A stretch of DNA of 64,000 nt from an uncultured Candidatus Saccharibacteria bacterium (GCA_964399295.1 CAYNQD010000001.1:399672-463671); one strand, 5' to 3'; numbered from the stretch's first letter, positions 8,658-18,639 are shown. The notes: generated by a model from the sequence alone, not told the origin. Translations and numbers: made by a program.

Positions 8658-11309
8658 ATGAAAATACCAACACATCCTTGGGTGAATGATCCCCATAATT
8701 TAGCAGAACAACTTTCAACCGATTTGACCGTCGGACTGACAGAAGCGGAAGCACAGAAGCGACTGAAAGAATTTGGAGAAAATATTTTTGATGACGACAA
8801 CACTCGCGGTCCGATTAGTATTTTTCTTCATCAACTAAACAACCCTCTGATTATCGCTCTGGTAATCGCGGTGGCTTTGACCATGTCCTTGCAAGAATGG
8901 ATAGACGCTTTGGTAATTCTCTTTGCCATTGTCATCAATACTATCTTGGGGTTTGTGCAAGAATACAAGGCGGAACGAGCGATTGCTGATTTGCGCTCTT
9001 ACGTACTTGATCGAACCAGAGTACTTAGAGATGGGCGTGAGTTTGAGATTGATGCCAGGTTGTTGGTGCCTGGTGACATCATTCATATCAGCCAAGGTTC
9101 CCGCGTGACGGCTGATGCCAGAATTATAAGAGAAAGCGATCTTTCAATAGACGAAGCTCTCCTAACAGGAGAATCTCTACCCGAAACTAAAGACACAGAA
9201 ATCATACCCGAAACCACGCTACTGGCAGACAGAAACAACATGGTCTTTGCCGGAACACTCACTGTCGGCGGATCGGCTTACGCCCTAATCACCAACACCG
9301 GCAATCAAACCGAAATCGGCAAGCTCGCCAACCTTGTCTCCACGACAGTCACCGAAAAAACCCCACTGCAAAAAGCGCTGGAAAAACTGACTTGGGTTAT
9401 AGTAATTGTAATCTCGCTGGTAGTAGCGTTGGTTTTTGTGCTGGGAATTATGCAAAATCAACCCTTTTATGACATGCTTCTCATTTCAATTGCCATCATC
9501 GTTGGAGCGGTTCCGGAAGCTTTGCCGATTGGATTGACCGCTGTTTTGGCGGTTGGAGTCGAGCAGATAGCCAAACGTCGCGGTATTATGCGCAGTCTGA
9601 CTGCCGCAGAGACTCTAGGCTCCACCACTATCATCATGACCGACAAAACCGGCACGCTCACTCAAGCCAAAATGCAACTGGTAGACATCGTGACCCTGAA
9701 TGACTTGTTGCACAAACCCATCTTCACAGGCATCAGAGAGCGTTATTCAAACGAACAAAAAGAACTCCTTACCCTAGCCCTTTGCAGCACCGACGTGATA
9801 ATTGAAAACGACAAGCTAAATCCAAAAGACTGGATTTTGTCCGGTTCGATACTGGAGAGAAACATCGTTCAAAGCGCGGCCATGCACGGCATTAAATTCA
9901 GTCAAGCAGAAAAGAACGGCATTCAGGTAAAAATCCCTTTCGGTTCAAAATATAAATTCTCGGTCAATAAAATACCCCGTCGTTTTCTTCCTAGCCATTT
10001 AGAACAATTTGAAAACCCTCACGTCGTGCTCGGTGCACCCGACATTTTGCTTGAAAGGTCTTTTATGGACAACGACCAATATCAAGAGACCAAAGAAGCA
10101 ATTTCAGAACTAAGCCGGCACGGCAAGAGAGTGTTGGGAATCGCTCTGGTAACTCCAAAAACTTCAGAAAAAGATATCAAGCCTGATGATATTAAAGATG
10201 TGGTCTTTATGGGAGTAATTTGTTTTTATGACCCTATACGTCCGGAAGTAATAGAATCATTAAAAGAAATAAATTCCTATGGCGTTAAGGTCGTGATGGC
10301 CACCGGCGATTTGCCCGGAACAGCATTCAACGTCGCCAAGGAAATCGGGTGGGATGTAAATGAACAATCCATTCTCACCGGTGACCAAATAAGACAAATG
10401 TCTGACGAAGAATTGAAGGATTCTTTGAGCTACGTCCGTATTTTTGCTCGCGTCACCCCTGAAGACAAACTACGCATTACCAAACTCTACCAAAGCCTAG
10501 GTGAAATAGTCGCCATGACAGGCGACGGCGTAAATGATGCCCCTTCTCTCAAAGCGGCCAATATCGGCATCGCCGTTGGTTCCGGCAGTGATGTCGCCAA
10601 AAGCACTTCTGATTTGGTCTTGCTCGACGACAACTTCAAAACCATTGTCGCGACAATCGAGGAAGGAAAAAGAATGCTCATAAATATTAAAAAAATATTT
10701 GTCTATCTAATGTCCACCTCTTTGGACGAAATAATTTTGATTGGCGGTTCCATTGTCGCCGGCTTGGCATTGCCCTTGTCGGCCATTCAGATTATTTGGG
10801 TAAATTTGTTTACCGGCAGCATACCGGCGGTGGCTTATGCTTTTGACAGACAAGCCATCACCAAAAGCGGGCCTTCGGCATCATTTTTTGATGCCTCGGT
10901 AAAATTTCTAACTATCGGCATTGGCGTTCTTACTTCTATATTACTCTTTGTACTTTACGTGGTTCTTATAAAAATGGGAGTTCCTGTCGATACGGCTCAG
11001 AATGTGATTTTTGCTTGTTTTGGTTCTTATATATTGGTGGTGGCTTTTTCTTTCCGCAATTTGGATTTGCCGATATACAAATATTCTTTGGTGGAAAATA
11101 AAATTCTCGTGTTTGGAGTTTTGCTTGGTTTGATTTTGATGTTTGCCACCATCTATCTACCTTTCTTCCAAAATATCTTTGGTACCAGCGCTCTGTCATT
11201 TTCTTGGTTGATGTTTGTGGTCGCTTGGCTTTTAGCCAATATTATTATCATTGAAATCGCCAAGTGGATTTCCTACACTTACCTAAAACCAGACCCTACG
11301 ATAGCGTAA
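8658..11309 (+). CDS. P-type cation-transporting ATPase (type II, Ca2+/Mg2+-like)
   Basis: 883 aa; DKTGTLT phosphorylation motif, TGDGVNDAPSL hinge motif, PEGL-like PEALP in TM4, 10 TM segments. Confidence 0.92.
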   Translation: MKIPTHPWVNDPHNLAEQLSTDLTVGLTEAEAQKRLKEFGENIFDDDNTRGPISIFLHQLNNPLIIALVIAVALTMSLQEWIDALVILFAIVINTILGFVQEYKAERAIADLRSYVLDRTRVLRDGREFEIDARLLVPGDIIHISQGSRVTADARIIRESDLSIDEALLTGESLPETKDTEIIPETTLLADRNNMVFAGTLTVGGSAYALITNTGNQTEIGKLANLVSTTVTEKTPLQKALEKLTWVIVIVISLVVALVFVLGIMQNQPFYDMLLISIAIIVGAVPEALPIGLTAVLAVGVEQIAKRRGIMRSLTAAETLGSTTIIMTDKTGTLTQAKMQLVDIVTLNDLLHKPIFTGIRERYSNEQKELLTLALCSTDVIIENDKLNPKDWILSGSILERNIVQSAAMHGIKFSQAEKNGIQVKIPFGSKYKFSVNKIPRRFLPSHLEQFENPHVVLGAPDILLERSFMDNDQYQETKEAISELSRHGKRVLGIALVTPKTSEKDIKPDDIKDVVFMGVICFYDPIRPEVIESLKEINSYGVKVVMATGDLPGTAFNVAKEIGWDVNEQSILTGDQIRQMSDEELKDSLSYVRIFARVTPEDKLRITKLYQSLGEIVAMTGDGVNDAPSLKAANIGIAVGSGSDVAKSTSDLVLLDDNFKTIVATIEEGKRMLINIKKIFVYLMSTSLDEIILIGGSIVAGLALPLSAIQIIWVNLFTGSIPAVAYAFDRQAITKSGPSASFFDASVKFLTIGIGVLTSILLFVLYVVLIKMGVPVDTAQNVIFACFGSYILVVAFSFRNLDLPIYKYSLVENKILVFGVLLGLILMFATIYLPFFQNIFGTSALSFSWLMFVVAWLLANIIIIEIAKWISYTYLKPDPTIA

Positions 11310-11339
11310 TTTTGATTTTTGTGTTCTAATACGGGCAAC

Positions 11340-12077
11340 ATGGCCGTAAAACCAAATTTCGTTCGCAAGAAAAAACGCAAACAACATGGTACCACTTTCT
11401 GGGACGCGGAATACAACAACCCTTCCCACCTCAAGCTGTCCATCAAACCCAGTGCTGATTTGGAAAAATTTACCCGCTGGGTGATGCGTCGGCAGCGTGA
11501 AGATTTACTGGCTCCGACCGCTAGCGTGCTGGATGTTGGCTGTGGTAATGGCCGTAATCTGATTTATTTGGCAGAAAATTTTGGTTGTAAAGGCATTGGC
11601 TACGATGTGTCCTCAGCGGCCATAGCCCAGGCTATGGCCGCCTCCAAAGGATTGCCGATTGTTTATAAGGCTCGTAGCATTGCCGGTACTTTGGATTTGG
11701 AGAATCAATCGGAGGACTTGGTGCTGGACATGATGACATCACATTTTTTAAATCAATCTGAACGTCAGCAGCTACGGGAAGAAATATACCAGGTTCTAAA
11801 ACCAGGCGGTTATTTATTTATGAAAACTTTTCTCAAGGACGAAGACCTCCACACTCGCCGTCTGCTAAAAGATCACAGCGGACCGGAAGAAGGCACTTAC
11901 ATACATCCGGTTATGGGTGTTGCAGAATATGTCTACAGCGAAGAAGAGTTGGTTGATTTCCTTTCTGAACGTTTTATCATTCACAAAATATACCGTTCAC
12001 ACAAACACGCTTTTCGCGGCCAGGCTCGTAAAAGACGAACCATCACCATCTACGCAGAAAAAGACCCGTATAAATAA
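11340..12077 (+). CDS. Class I SAM-dependent methyltransferase
   Basis: Motif I VLDVGCGNGRNLIYLAE; ORF track starts at 11319 but ATG at 11340 (MAVKPN) more plausible. Confidence 0.75.
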   Translation: MAVKPNFVRKKKRKQHGTTFWDAEYNNPSHLKLSIKPSADLEKFTRWVMRRQREDLLAPTASVLDVGCGNGRNLIYLAENFGCKGIGYDVSSAAIAQAMAASKGLPIVYKARSIAGTLDLENQSEDLVLDMMTSHFLNQSERQQLREEIYQVLKPGGYLFMKTFLKDEDLHTRRLLKDHSGPEEGTYIHPVMGVAEYVYSEEELVDFLSERFIIHKIYRSHKHAFRGQARKRRTITIYAEKDPYK

Positions 12078-12079
12078 GA

Positions 12080-13036
12080 CTAGAGCGACAACAATACCGA
12101 CGCCACCACAAGATAAATACACAAACTGATAATATCCCGCACCACAGTCGCGAGTGGGCCGCTGGCAATGGCCGGATCATAGCCCAAGCGCAAGACAAAC
12201 CAAGGCAGCATTATCGCGATAATGACAGTAGACCAAACCGTCAGAAAGATAGACAGTCCTAAGATTGAACTAATCAATAGTGATTGCTGCCACAAAAAAG
12301 AGAAAATAAAAATCAAAACCGCGAGAATCATGCCAATAAAAAAATTGACTTTCATCTCGCGTCCAATATACCAACCAAGTTTTAAATTGCTCTCAATCGA
12401 CAAGGCGCGCACAAACAGCATTTGAGTTTGCGAACCAACAGCGTCAGCCATATAAACAATCGCTGGGATAAAAGCCGCCAGAATCAATTGGCTGTGCAAA
12501 GTAGCTTCAAACTGCCCCACCACCACCGCAGCCCCAACACCGCCCAAAAGACCCATCACCAGCCAAGGCACGCGCGACTTGACGTGAGTTAGAGACGAGC
12601 CGGTAAGAATCATGTCCGAACCATTACCAAAACCTTTTTTGCGTTGCACGCCGGCAAAGCGCAAAACGTCCTCGGTGTGTTCTTGATTTAGAACCGCCAA
12701 AATTGTGTCTGAATCCACAACCCCGAGAAAAATTCCTTCCTTTGAAACCACCGGTACGGCTTTTATCTTATACTTCAAAGCCAGCTGCGCCACCCGCTCC
12801 TGATCGGTGTGCGGACGAACCTTAAGCAAAGGACGGCCTGTATACGCAGTCAAAGTATCCTGAGGCTTTAGATAAAGCAGTTCCTTGATGGAAATAACAC
12901 CCAATAATTTTTGCAACTCATCTACAATATAGATGTAGTTTATGGTGGTGAAGTTTTCATTTTTAGCATGAATTATTTGTTCTACTTGCTCCACCGTCAC
13001 AGAACCCAAAACCACCGGCACCGTAGCGACCATCAA
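12080..13036 (-). CDS. mgtE: Magnesium transporter MgtE (CBS pair + MgtE membrane domain)
   Basis: Tandem CBS-like region followed by TM domain with GYDPAIASGPLATVVRD signature; ORF track start 13201 overlaps upstream gene by 130 nt, internal Met (MVATVP) at 13036 avoids overlap. Confidence 0.75.
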   Translation of the reverse strand: MMVATVPVVLGSVTVEQVEQIIHAKNENFTTINYIYIVDELQKLLGVISIKELLYLKPQDTLTAYTGRPLLKVRPHTDQERVAQLALKYKIKAVPVVSKEGIFLGVVDSDTILAVLNQEHTEDVLRFAGVQRKKGFGNGSDMILTGSSLTHVKSRVPWLVMGLLGGVGAAVVVGQFEATLHSQLILAAFIPAIVYMADAVGSQTQMLFVRALSIESNLKLGWYIGREMKVNFFIGMILAVLIFIFSFLWQQSLLISSILGLSIFLTVWSTVIIAIMLPWFVLRLGYDPAIASGPLATVVRDIISLCIYLVVASVLLSL

Positions 13037-13070
13037 TTTTCCCGCTGATTCTTTACGATAAAATATCTTC

Positions 13071-13799
13071 TTATTCACAAGAGAAAGTAACGAGACATTC
13101 ATCACGATTGGCACCAGCCGGAATCTGCCGGCAAACAGCGCACGATGAAGCCGCTCCCGAACCTTCTTCGTAAATTGTGCCAAATTCCATACCAGTACCA
13201 ATCAAGCTGCCGTAATCACTAAAAATGATATCGGTTGGCGGCTCAAAAATACTACCGTCAACATCATTCCAAGCTCGACAATCATACTTAACCTTGTCAT
13301 CAAGCGGCACCGGCTCTCTGGTGTCAGGCTTTGTTTCCACTCCAACTGATTCCGTGGTACTGAGGTCTATTTTCATTCCATACTTTTCACCTTCAATTTC
13401 CGACCAAGTATATAAGGTGTTATCAACCATAATCATGGACGAAACCACCTCCATTCCCGAATCATTCATGATAAAATCCCCACGCAAACGGCTTTGGCTG
13501 GTGAAGTAAGTTCCATTTACAATTTGTCCGGAAGCCTCACTGTCTTCATAGGCAATGGTACATTCCAGATTTTCGCGACGAAGTAATAAATCTTTGAGAC
13601 TCCCTTCACCAATCAAAGTCTCTCTTTTACTCAACTCATTTTCATTTTCGGTCTGATTGATATTTTCCAGTTCAGTATTCTGCCGACTATCTTTCCCAGC
13701 CAAAACCAACCCTAAGCCCAGCAGTATTATTGCTAATATAATTATAAATATTGTTTTCTTAGTCATAAAATTAATAGGACATTTTTTATTAGTATCCAC
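13071..13799 (-). CDS. Secreted hypothetical protein (N-terminal TM anchor, Cys-rich C-terminus)
   Basis: 242 aa; MTKKTIFIIILAIILLGLGLVLAG anchor; acidic, no catalytic motif. Confidence 0.55.
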   Translation of the reverse strand: MDTNKKCPINFMTKKTIFIIILAIILLGLGLVLAGKDSRQNTELENINQTENENELSKRETLIGEGSLKDLLLRRENLECTIAYEDSEASGQIVNGTYFTSQSRLRGDFIMNDSGMEVVSSMIMVDNTLYTWSEIEGEKYGMKIDLSTTESVGVETKPDTREPVPLDDKVKYDCRAWNDVDGSIFEPPTDIIFSDYGSLIGTGMEFGTIYEEGSGAASSCAVCRQIPAGANRDECLVTFSCE

Positions 13800-13917
13800 T
13801 TAGCATAACAAATTGAACAAAAAAACAAAGGTGAAAAATCCTCCTCTAGCCAAAGCTTATATTGCATGTTACAATCCGCCGCGTAGTTCTTTTTTTAATT
13901 TTTTTTGGGGGTGTTAA

Positions 13918-14538
13918 ATGCTGAGATACAACACAGAAAGAATCGAGTCCCTAATCGAAGGCAAAAGTAGAGAGGAAATAATACTACTTATGAGCCGAGA
14001 AATTGGGGGACTCATAACAAAAAATCTCAAGCTGGAAGAGGAGTTAGGGGAAACCAGAAAACTGGCTTTGACCGATTTTCTAACCGGCCTTCCCAACCGC
14101 CGAGCTTTTGATCTCGAAGTCCCGCATTATATTGGACTGAGAGATCGACACGGAACGCAATTTCATTTGGTATTGGTTGATTTGGATGATTTCAAGTCAA
14201 TCAATGACACCTATGGGTATGAGGTTGGAGACAGGGTTTTGCAATCCGTGGCCAAAACCATGTCTAGCCACATAAGAAATACAGATTTTATTGCCCGTCT
14301 TGGCGGCGATGAGTTTGTACTTATTATAGACAGCGCCAGTTACCCGGATTTATCTCAGATTCTTGAGAGAATCCGTGGAGACATTAGGTCAATGAGTATT
14401 CCCGGATTTACTGAGACCATCACGGCCAGCATGGGGGCATCTGAGTTAACAAACCTTGGAGAAACCTTTCGCAATGCCAATAAGGTATTGCAGACAGTGA
14501 AGTACTTAAATCTGGGCGTGGCAATAGCAGGCAAATAA
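13918..14538 (+). CDS. Diguanylate cyclase (GGDEF domain) with N-terminal coiled-coil
   Basis: 206 aa; RLGGDEFVLII active-site motif, LTGLPNRRAF, strong GGGGGTG RBS 5 nt upstream of ATG. Confidence 0.88.
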   Translation: MLRYNTERIESLIEGKSREEIILLMSREIGGLITKNLKLEEELGETRKLALTDFLTGLPNRRAFDLEVPHYIGLRDRHGTQFHLVLVDLDDFKSINDTYGYEVGDRVLQSVAKTMSSHIRNTDFIARLGGDEFVLIIDSASYPDLSQILERIRGDIRSMSIPGFTETITASMGASELTNLGETFRNANKVLQTVKYLNLGVAIAGK

Positions 14539-14557
14539 TCTCCAAGACCTCACAACA

Positions 14558-14587
14558 GCCCCGCGAATTTTTGCGGGGCATTTTTTT
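14558..14587 (+). terminator. Rho-independent terminator after GGDEF gene
   Basis: GCCCCGC-gaattttt-GCGGGGC stem-loop followed by TTTTTTT. Confidence 0.8.
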
Positions 14588-14675
14588 GAAAAAAATTCCC
14601 CGTCACAATTTCTGGTCTGGCTATCTAAACTATCAACGTTTATAATTAGCATTTGCCGAGCATTCATAAAGTACA

Positions 14676-15992
14676 ATGATTATTATGCAATCTGTTAGAG
14701 TTTGGTTTTCCAAAGCAACGCCGGTGGGACTGGTGATTTTGGGTGTGGTGGTGGGTGTGGGCGGCGCCTTCGGCGCCGCCCTTTTTCACACCCTGATAAA
14801 CCTCATGACAACGCTGTTTTTTGGGACTACCGGCAATATGGGATTTGTTAGCACGATTGAAACCCTGCCGTCATGGCAGCGCCTGCTTATACCAACCGCC
14901 GGCGGACTTCTGATCGGACTGTTATTTATGCTGATAAAAATAAACGAAATGGAAGGCGAAGGTGTGCCGGAAGTAATGAATGCTCTAAAAAAACGTAAAG
15001 CGCGCATCCGACCAATCGTGGCCCCGATGAAGATATTAGCTTCCGCCATCACCCTTGGTTCTGGCGGCTCAGCTGGGCGAGAAGGGCCGATTATTCAGAT
15101 TGGTTCCGCTATTGGTTCTACCATCGCGCAGTTTGTAAAACTTGGACAAGAACACAGAAGTCTGTTTTTGTCTGCCGGCGCGGCAGCTGGTATTGGCGGC
15201 ACTTTTGGCGCGCCAGCCGCCGGAGTGGTTTTTACCTTTGAAGTCCTAAAACAACAACTGACCTTGTTTCGAGCCTTTGTTATCATTATTGCCGCCGTTG
15301 TCGGCTCTACGGTAATGCAGCTTATTACCGGTTATGAGGGCTTGCGTTTTAATATCGACTCGGTTTCTTCACTTTCATTTAAAACCCTTCTAATCGCGTT
15401 TTGTCTTGGTGTCGTGGCGGCTTTGATTGCTCTTAGTTTTGGCGCTATTTTACGCATCAGCAAGACAATTTTTACCAAATTATCACTACCGCACTTTTTG
15501 CAACCGGCGGTTGGAGGATTTTTTATCGGCTACATTGGTCTATACATGCCATACATTCATGAGCCGGCCGCCTATCCTTTAATGGTTGATTTATTGGCAC
15601 TTGCCAGCTTACCGATGGGGTTCTTACTTACGCTGCTTTTGGTAAAAATGATCGCCACCGGTATTACGCTTGGCTCTGGTGGCTCTGGTGGTATTTTCGC
15701 GCCGGCTTTGCTTCTAGGTACGATTGTGGGCAGCGCCTTTGGCGCTGCCCTGGTTTCCCTCGACATCATACTCACCACCGACATCCCCACTCTAGTACTT
15801 ATCGGTATGGGAGCAGTTTTTGCCGGAGCCGCCCACGCTCCCCTAACCTCAACCTTTATCCTTTATGAAATGACCAAAGAACCGCTACTAATACCTCCAC
15901 TCATAATTGCTTGTTTTACCGCCTTTTTAATAACCAAAGCCATAAGAAAGCAAAATATATACACAGAATACAATATTGATTTAAAATCATAA
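14676..15992 (+). CDS. ClC family chloride channel / H+-Cl- antiporter
   Basis: 438 aa; GSGGSAGREGP and GIFAP selectivity-filter motifs, ~10 TM helices. Confidence 0.9.
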   Translation: MIIMQSVRVWFSKATPVGLVILGVVVGVGGAFGAALFHTLINLMTTLFFGTTGNMGFVSTIETLPSWQRLLIPTAGGLLIGLLFMLIKINEMEGEGVPEVMNALKKRKARIRPIVAPMKILASAITLGSGGSAGREGPIIQIGSAIGSTIAQFVKLGQEHRSLFLSAGAAAGIGGTFGAPAAGVVFTFEVLKQQLTLFRAFVIIIAAVVGSTVMQLITGYEGLRFNIDSVSSLSFKTLLIAFCLGVVAALIALSFGAILRISKTIFTKLSLPHFLQPAVGGFFIGYIGLYMPYIHEPAAYPLMVDLLALASLPMGFLLTLLLVKMIATGITLGSGGSGGIFAPALLLGTIVGSAFGAALVSLDIILTTDIPTLVLIGMGAVFAGAAHAPLTSTFILYEMTKEPLLIPPLIIACFTAFLITKAIRKQNIYTEYNIDLKS

Positions 15993-16039
15993 CGCTAAAA
16001 TTTTATTACTTCAATATGCCAGCATTATATAATAGTTTT

Positions 16040-16065
16040 GGGAACTATATACAAAGTTACCCTAG
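16040..16065. repeat. Left terminal inverted repeat of IS1595-family element (plus flanking TSD ATAGTTTT at 16032-16039)
   Basis: Reverse complement matches 18438-18462 exactly. Confidence 0.85.
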
Positions 16066-16166
16066 CAGTATAACAGAAGCCCTACCTTGTTTGACATTGT
16101 AGGGTTTTATGGTGTATGGATAAACGGAGTTGACAACCCTAATCTGATCGTATAAGATAGGTAGTA

Positions 16167-17081
16167 ATGAAAGAGTATAAAACACTAATTGACTTCCTCG
16201 CCCACTACAAGGACGAAGAAACCTGCAAGAAATACTTTGAGCAAATCCGTTTCAAAGACGGTGATTACTGCCCTCACTGCAACCACAGTAAGATAAACCG
16301 ATTTGCTGACGGCAAGCGTTACCGTTGTGCGTCTTGTAAAAAGGACTTCACTATTAAGACTGGTACTGTGTTTGGCGAAAGTAAAATCCCCCTACAGAAG
16401 TGGTTTGTGGCTATTTACCTACTTACTACCAACAAAAAAGGTATTTCTTCTATAAACCTAGCCAAGCAAATCGGAGTTACTCAAAAGACAGCGTGGTTTA
16501 TGGATCATCGTATCCGAGCAACGATGAAGCAAAACGGCGGACAGCTTTTTGGAAAGGTAGAAGTGGACGAAACCTACATTGGTGGCAAGGAAAAGAACAA
16601 GCACGCTCACAAGCGAACTAAAGGCACACAAGGACGTAATACACTTACCAAAACACCAGTTGTAGGTTTGGTACAGCGTGGCGGTAACGTGAAAGCTAGT
16701 GTAGTAGAAGATGTAAAAATGCGAACACTTGAAAGTATGATTGTTGAACACGTCAAAATCGGTTCAGAGCTTTTTACTGACGAGTTTCTTTCATACTCAA
16801 AAATAGGCACTCTTTACCCTCACCAGTCTGTATCTCACGGAAAAGGACAGTATGTAAAAGGTGAAGCACACTCAAATACTATGGAAAGTTTTTGGGCTAC
16901 ATTCAAGCGTGGTTACTATGGTACTTACCACACAATGAGCAAGAAGCATTTACAAAAGTACGTCAATGAGTTCGTGTTCCGTCACAACAGCCGTACCGCT
17001 TCATTGGTCGATGTATTTGCTGACGCAGTTACTAGAGTGTCGGAAAGCACACAACTTCCGTATAATAAACTTACTGCTTAA
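16167..17081 (+). CDS. IS1595-family transposase (N-terminal zinc ribbon + ISXO2-like DDE domain)
   Basis: 304 aa; CPHCNHSK...RYRCASCKK zinc ribbon; ISXO2-like core (GGKEKNKHAHKR, FTDEFLSY, HQSVSHGKGQY, TMESFWA). Confidence 0.85.
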   Translation: MKEYKTLIDFLAHYKDEETCKKYFEQIRFKDGDYCPHCNHSKINRFADGKRYRCASCKKDFTIKTGTVFGESKIPLQKWFVAIYLLTTNKKGISSINLAKQIGVTQKTAWFMDHRIRATMKQNGGQLFGKVEVDETYIGGKEKNKHAHKRTKGTQGRNTLTKTPVVGLVQRGGNVKASVVEDVKMRTLESMIVEHVKIGSELFTDEFLSYSKIGTLYPHQSVSHGKGQYVKGEAHSNTMESFWATFKRGYYGTYHTMSKKHLQKYVNEFVFRHNSRTASLVDVFADAVTRVSESTQLPYNKLTA

Positions 17082-17082
17082 T

Positions 17083-17967
17083 ATGGGACGAGACAAAAAA
17101 TATCACGAACCCATAGACGCTTCATTTGATGAGGTACTTACTGCAATCGGTACAGAAAACCGACCAGAAATTATAGTGCCTAACGCACGACCATTTGTAA
17201 AATGGGTAGGTGGCAAGCGTTCTATATTGCCCGAGCTTATCAAGCGTATGCCTGAAAGCTATGACGCATACCATGAGCCGTTTATGGGTGGTGGAGCGTT
17301 ATATTTTGCCCTACAACCTAAAGAAGCGTATTTGTCTGATATAAACTTTCACCTAGTTATTACTTACCAAGCAGTACGCAACGATGTCGAGCGACTTATT
17401 ACCTTACTCAAAGGACACGAACGCAATCACAACAAAGAGTATTATGGGCGACAGCGTGAACGACTAGCTAAAGAGAAAGATCCAACTAAACTTGCTTCTG
17501 TTTTTATCTATATCAACAAGACGTGTTTTAATGGACTTTACCGAGTGAATAAAAGCGGTGGGTACAATGTTCCTATGGGTGACTATAAGAACCCTGCTAT
17601 CCTAGACGCTGACAATCTACGAGCGTGTTCTGCACTACTCAAATCTGCTAATGTCACACAGCATAGCTTCAAACAGGCGGAAATATACAAAGACGACTTT
17701 TACTACCTCGATCCGCCATATCACGAAACTTATAGTGGGTATAGTGGTGATGGTTTTGGTGACTCTGAACACGTTGCATTGGCTCAATTTTGCCACCAGA
17801 TACACAAAAAAGGCGGTTTCTTTATGCTCTCAAATAGCGATACTCCGTTTGTAAGAGATCTATATAAGGGCTATAATATTGAAACGGTATCGGCTTCTCG
17901 CTTCGTATCGTGTAAATCTCATCAACGTGGAAAAGAAGACGAGCTTATCATCAGAAATTATAAATAG
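17083..17967 (+). CDS. D12-class (Dam-family) N6-adenine DNA methyltransferase
   Basis: ATG at 17083 immediately after transposase stop; VKWVGGKRSILPEL, EPFMGGGA (motif I) and DPPY (motif IV) in D12/Dam order; ORF-track 16966 start is an upstream extension through the transposase 3' end. Confidence 0.85.
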   Translation: MGRDKKYHEPIDASFDEVLTAIGTENRPEIIVPNARPFVKWVGGKRSILPELIKRMPESYDAYHEPFMGGGALYFALQPKEAYLSDINFHLVITYQAVRNDVERLITLLKGHERNHNKEYYGRQRERLAKEKDPTKLASVFIYINKTCFNGLYRVNKSGGYNVPMGDYKNPAILDADNLRACSALLKSANVTQHSFKQAEIYKDDFYYLDPPYHETYSGYSGDGFGDSEHVALAQFCHQIHKKGGFFMLSNSDTPFVRDLYKGYNIETVSASRFVSCKSHQRGKEDELIIRNYK

Positions 17968-18445
17968 CCCCATTATTGGTGGGAGACAAGCAACCGTAAC
18001 GGGCAATACCCTAGAGCGATTTGTTGAACGTACCTTGCTTGATAATGGCTATTTAGAGTTTACGGGCAACCGAAAGCAACTATTTGAGAGCAGAGCCAAC
18101 GTAGGCGGAAAACAATATGCCAAACAAGTGCCTTGCGGTACGAGTATTTATGAAAGCCCCCGCAAGTGCGATTTTCTCATTATAAACAAAGAGAGGTTTC
18201 CAAATGACCTCATTATTGAGTGTAAATGGCAACAGAGTAACGGTAGTGTAGACGAAAAGTACCCCTTTACGCTTTTCAATATCATTAAAATCGGATTACC
18301 GACCATTATTCTGCTAGACGGTGGAGGTTATAAACGCACTGCTATGGAATGGCTTAAAAACCAAGTCAACCCTAACAGGGCTTTAATTGGTGTTTACAAT
18401 ATGTCCGAGTTTCAAGCCCTCGTTAACAAACGATTTTTAGGGTAA
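17879..18445 (+). CDS. Putative PD-(D/E)xK restriction endonuclease partner of the Dam-type MTase (start uncertain)
   Basis: CDFLII...IIECKWQ fits D...ExK nuclease core; lies immediately 3' of a Dam-type MTase inside the IS; ATG at 17879 overlaps the MTase by 89 nt, alternative TTG near 18032; stop codon lies in the right TIR. Confidence 0.45.
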   Translation: MKRYRLLASYRVNLINVEKKTSLSSEIINSPIIGGRQATVTGNTLERFVERTLLDNGYLEFTGNRKQLFESRANVGGKQYAKQVPCGTSIYESPRKCDFLIINKERFPNDLIIECKWQQSNGSVDEKYPFTLFNIIKIGLPTIILLDGGGYKRTAMEWLKNQVNPNRALIGVYNMSEFQALVNKRFLG

Positions 18446-18462
18446 CTTTGTATATAGTTCCC
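18438..18462. repeat. Right terminal inverted repeat of IS1595-family element (TSD ATAGTTTT 18463-18470)
   Basis: Reverse complement of 16040-16065. Confidence 0.85.
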
Positions 18463-18639
18463 ATAGTTTTTTTATTTAATATTAAAATCAAAATGCGTGA
18501 TATCTTTTTCGACATCTGAAGACAGCTTCGTGTAAAGGGAGACGGCTTCCACGTCCACATTATCTGCTTGTAAGAACATAAAAAAATATAATACTGAGTC
18601 TCCTTTAATTACAAATATTTATCTAGTCTGACAAAACAA

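Larger units (their letters stand above)
16040..18462 (+). mobile_element. IS1595-family insertion sequence carrying passenger genes (transposase + Dam-type MTase + PD-(D/E)xK nuclease); intact with TIRs and TSDs
   Basis: Perfect 25-26-bp terminal inverted repeats GGGAACTATATACAAAGTTACCCTA (16040-16065) / TAGGGTAACTTTGTATATAGTTCCC (18438-18462); 8-bp direct repeat ATAGTTTT at 16032-16039 and 18463-18470 (IS1595 family gives 8-bp TSD). Confidence 0.85.

Noticed and set aside
8561-8803. 80-aa minus-strand ORF overlapping the P-type ATPase start
   Set aside because: No motif, overlaps the 5' end and RBS region of a well-supported gene, low-complexity Ser/Cys-rich translation. Likely spurious.
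13850-13917. Sigma70 promoter call upstream of the GGDEF gene (TTGCAT … TACAAT)
   Set aside because: The candidate -35 and -10 hexamers are only 2 bp apart. No alternative pair with 16-18-bp spacing could be assigned confidently, so only the RBS was noted in evidence.
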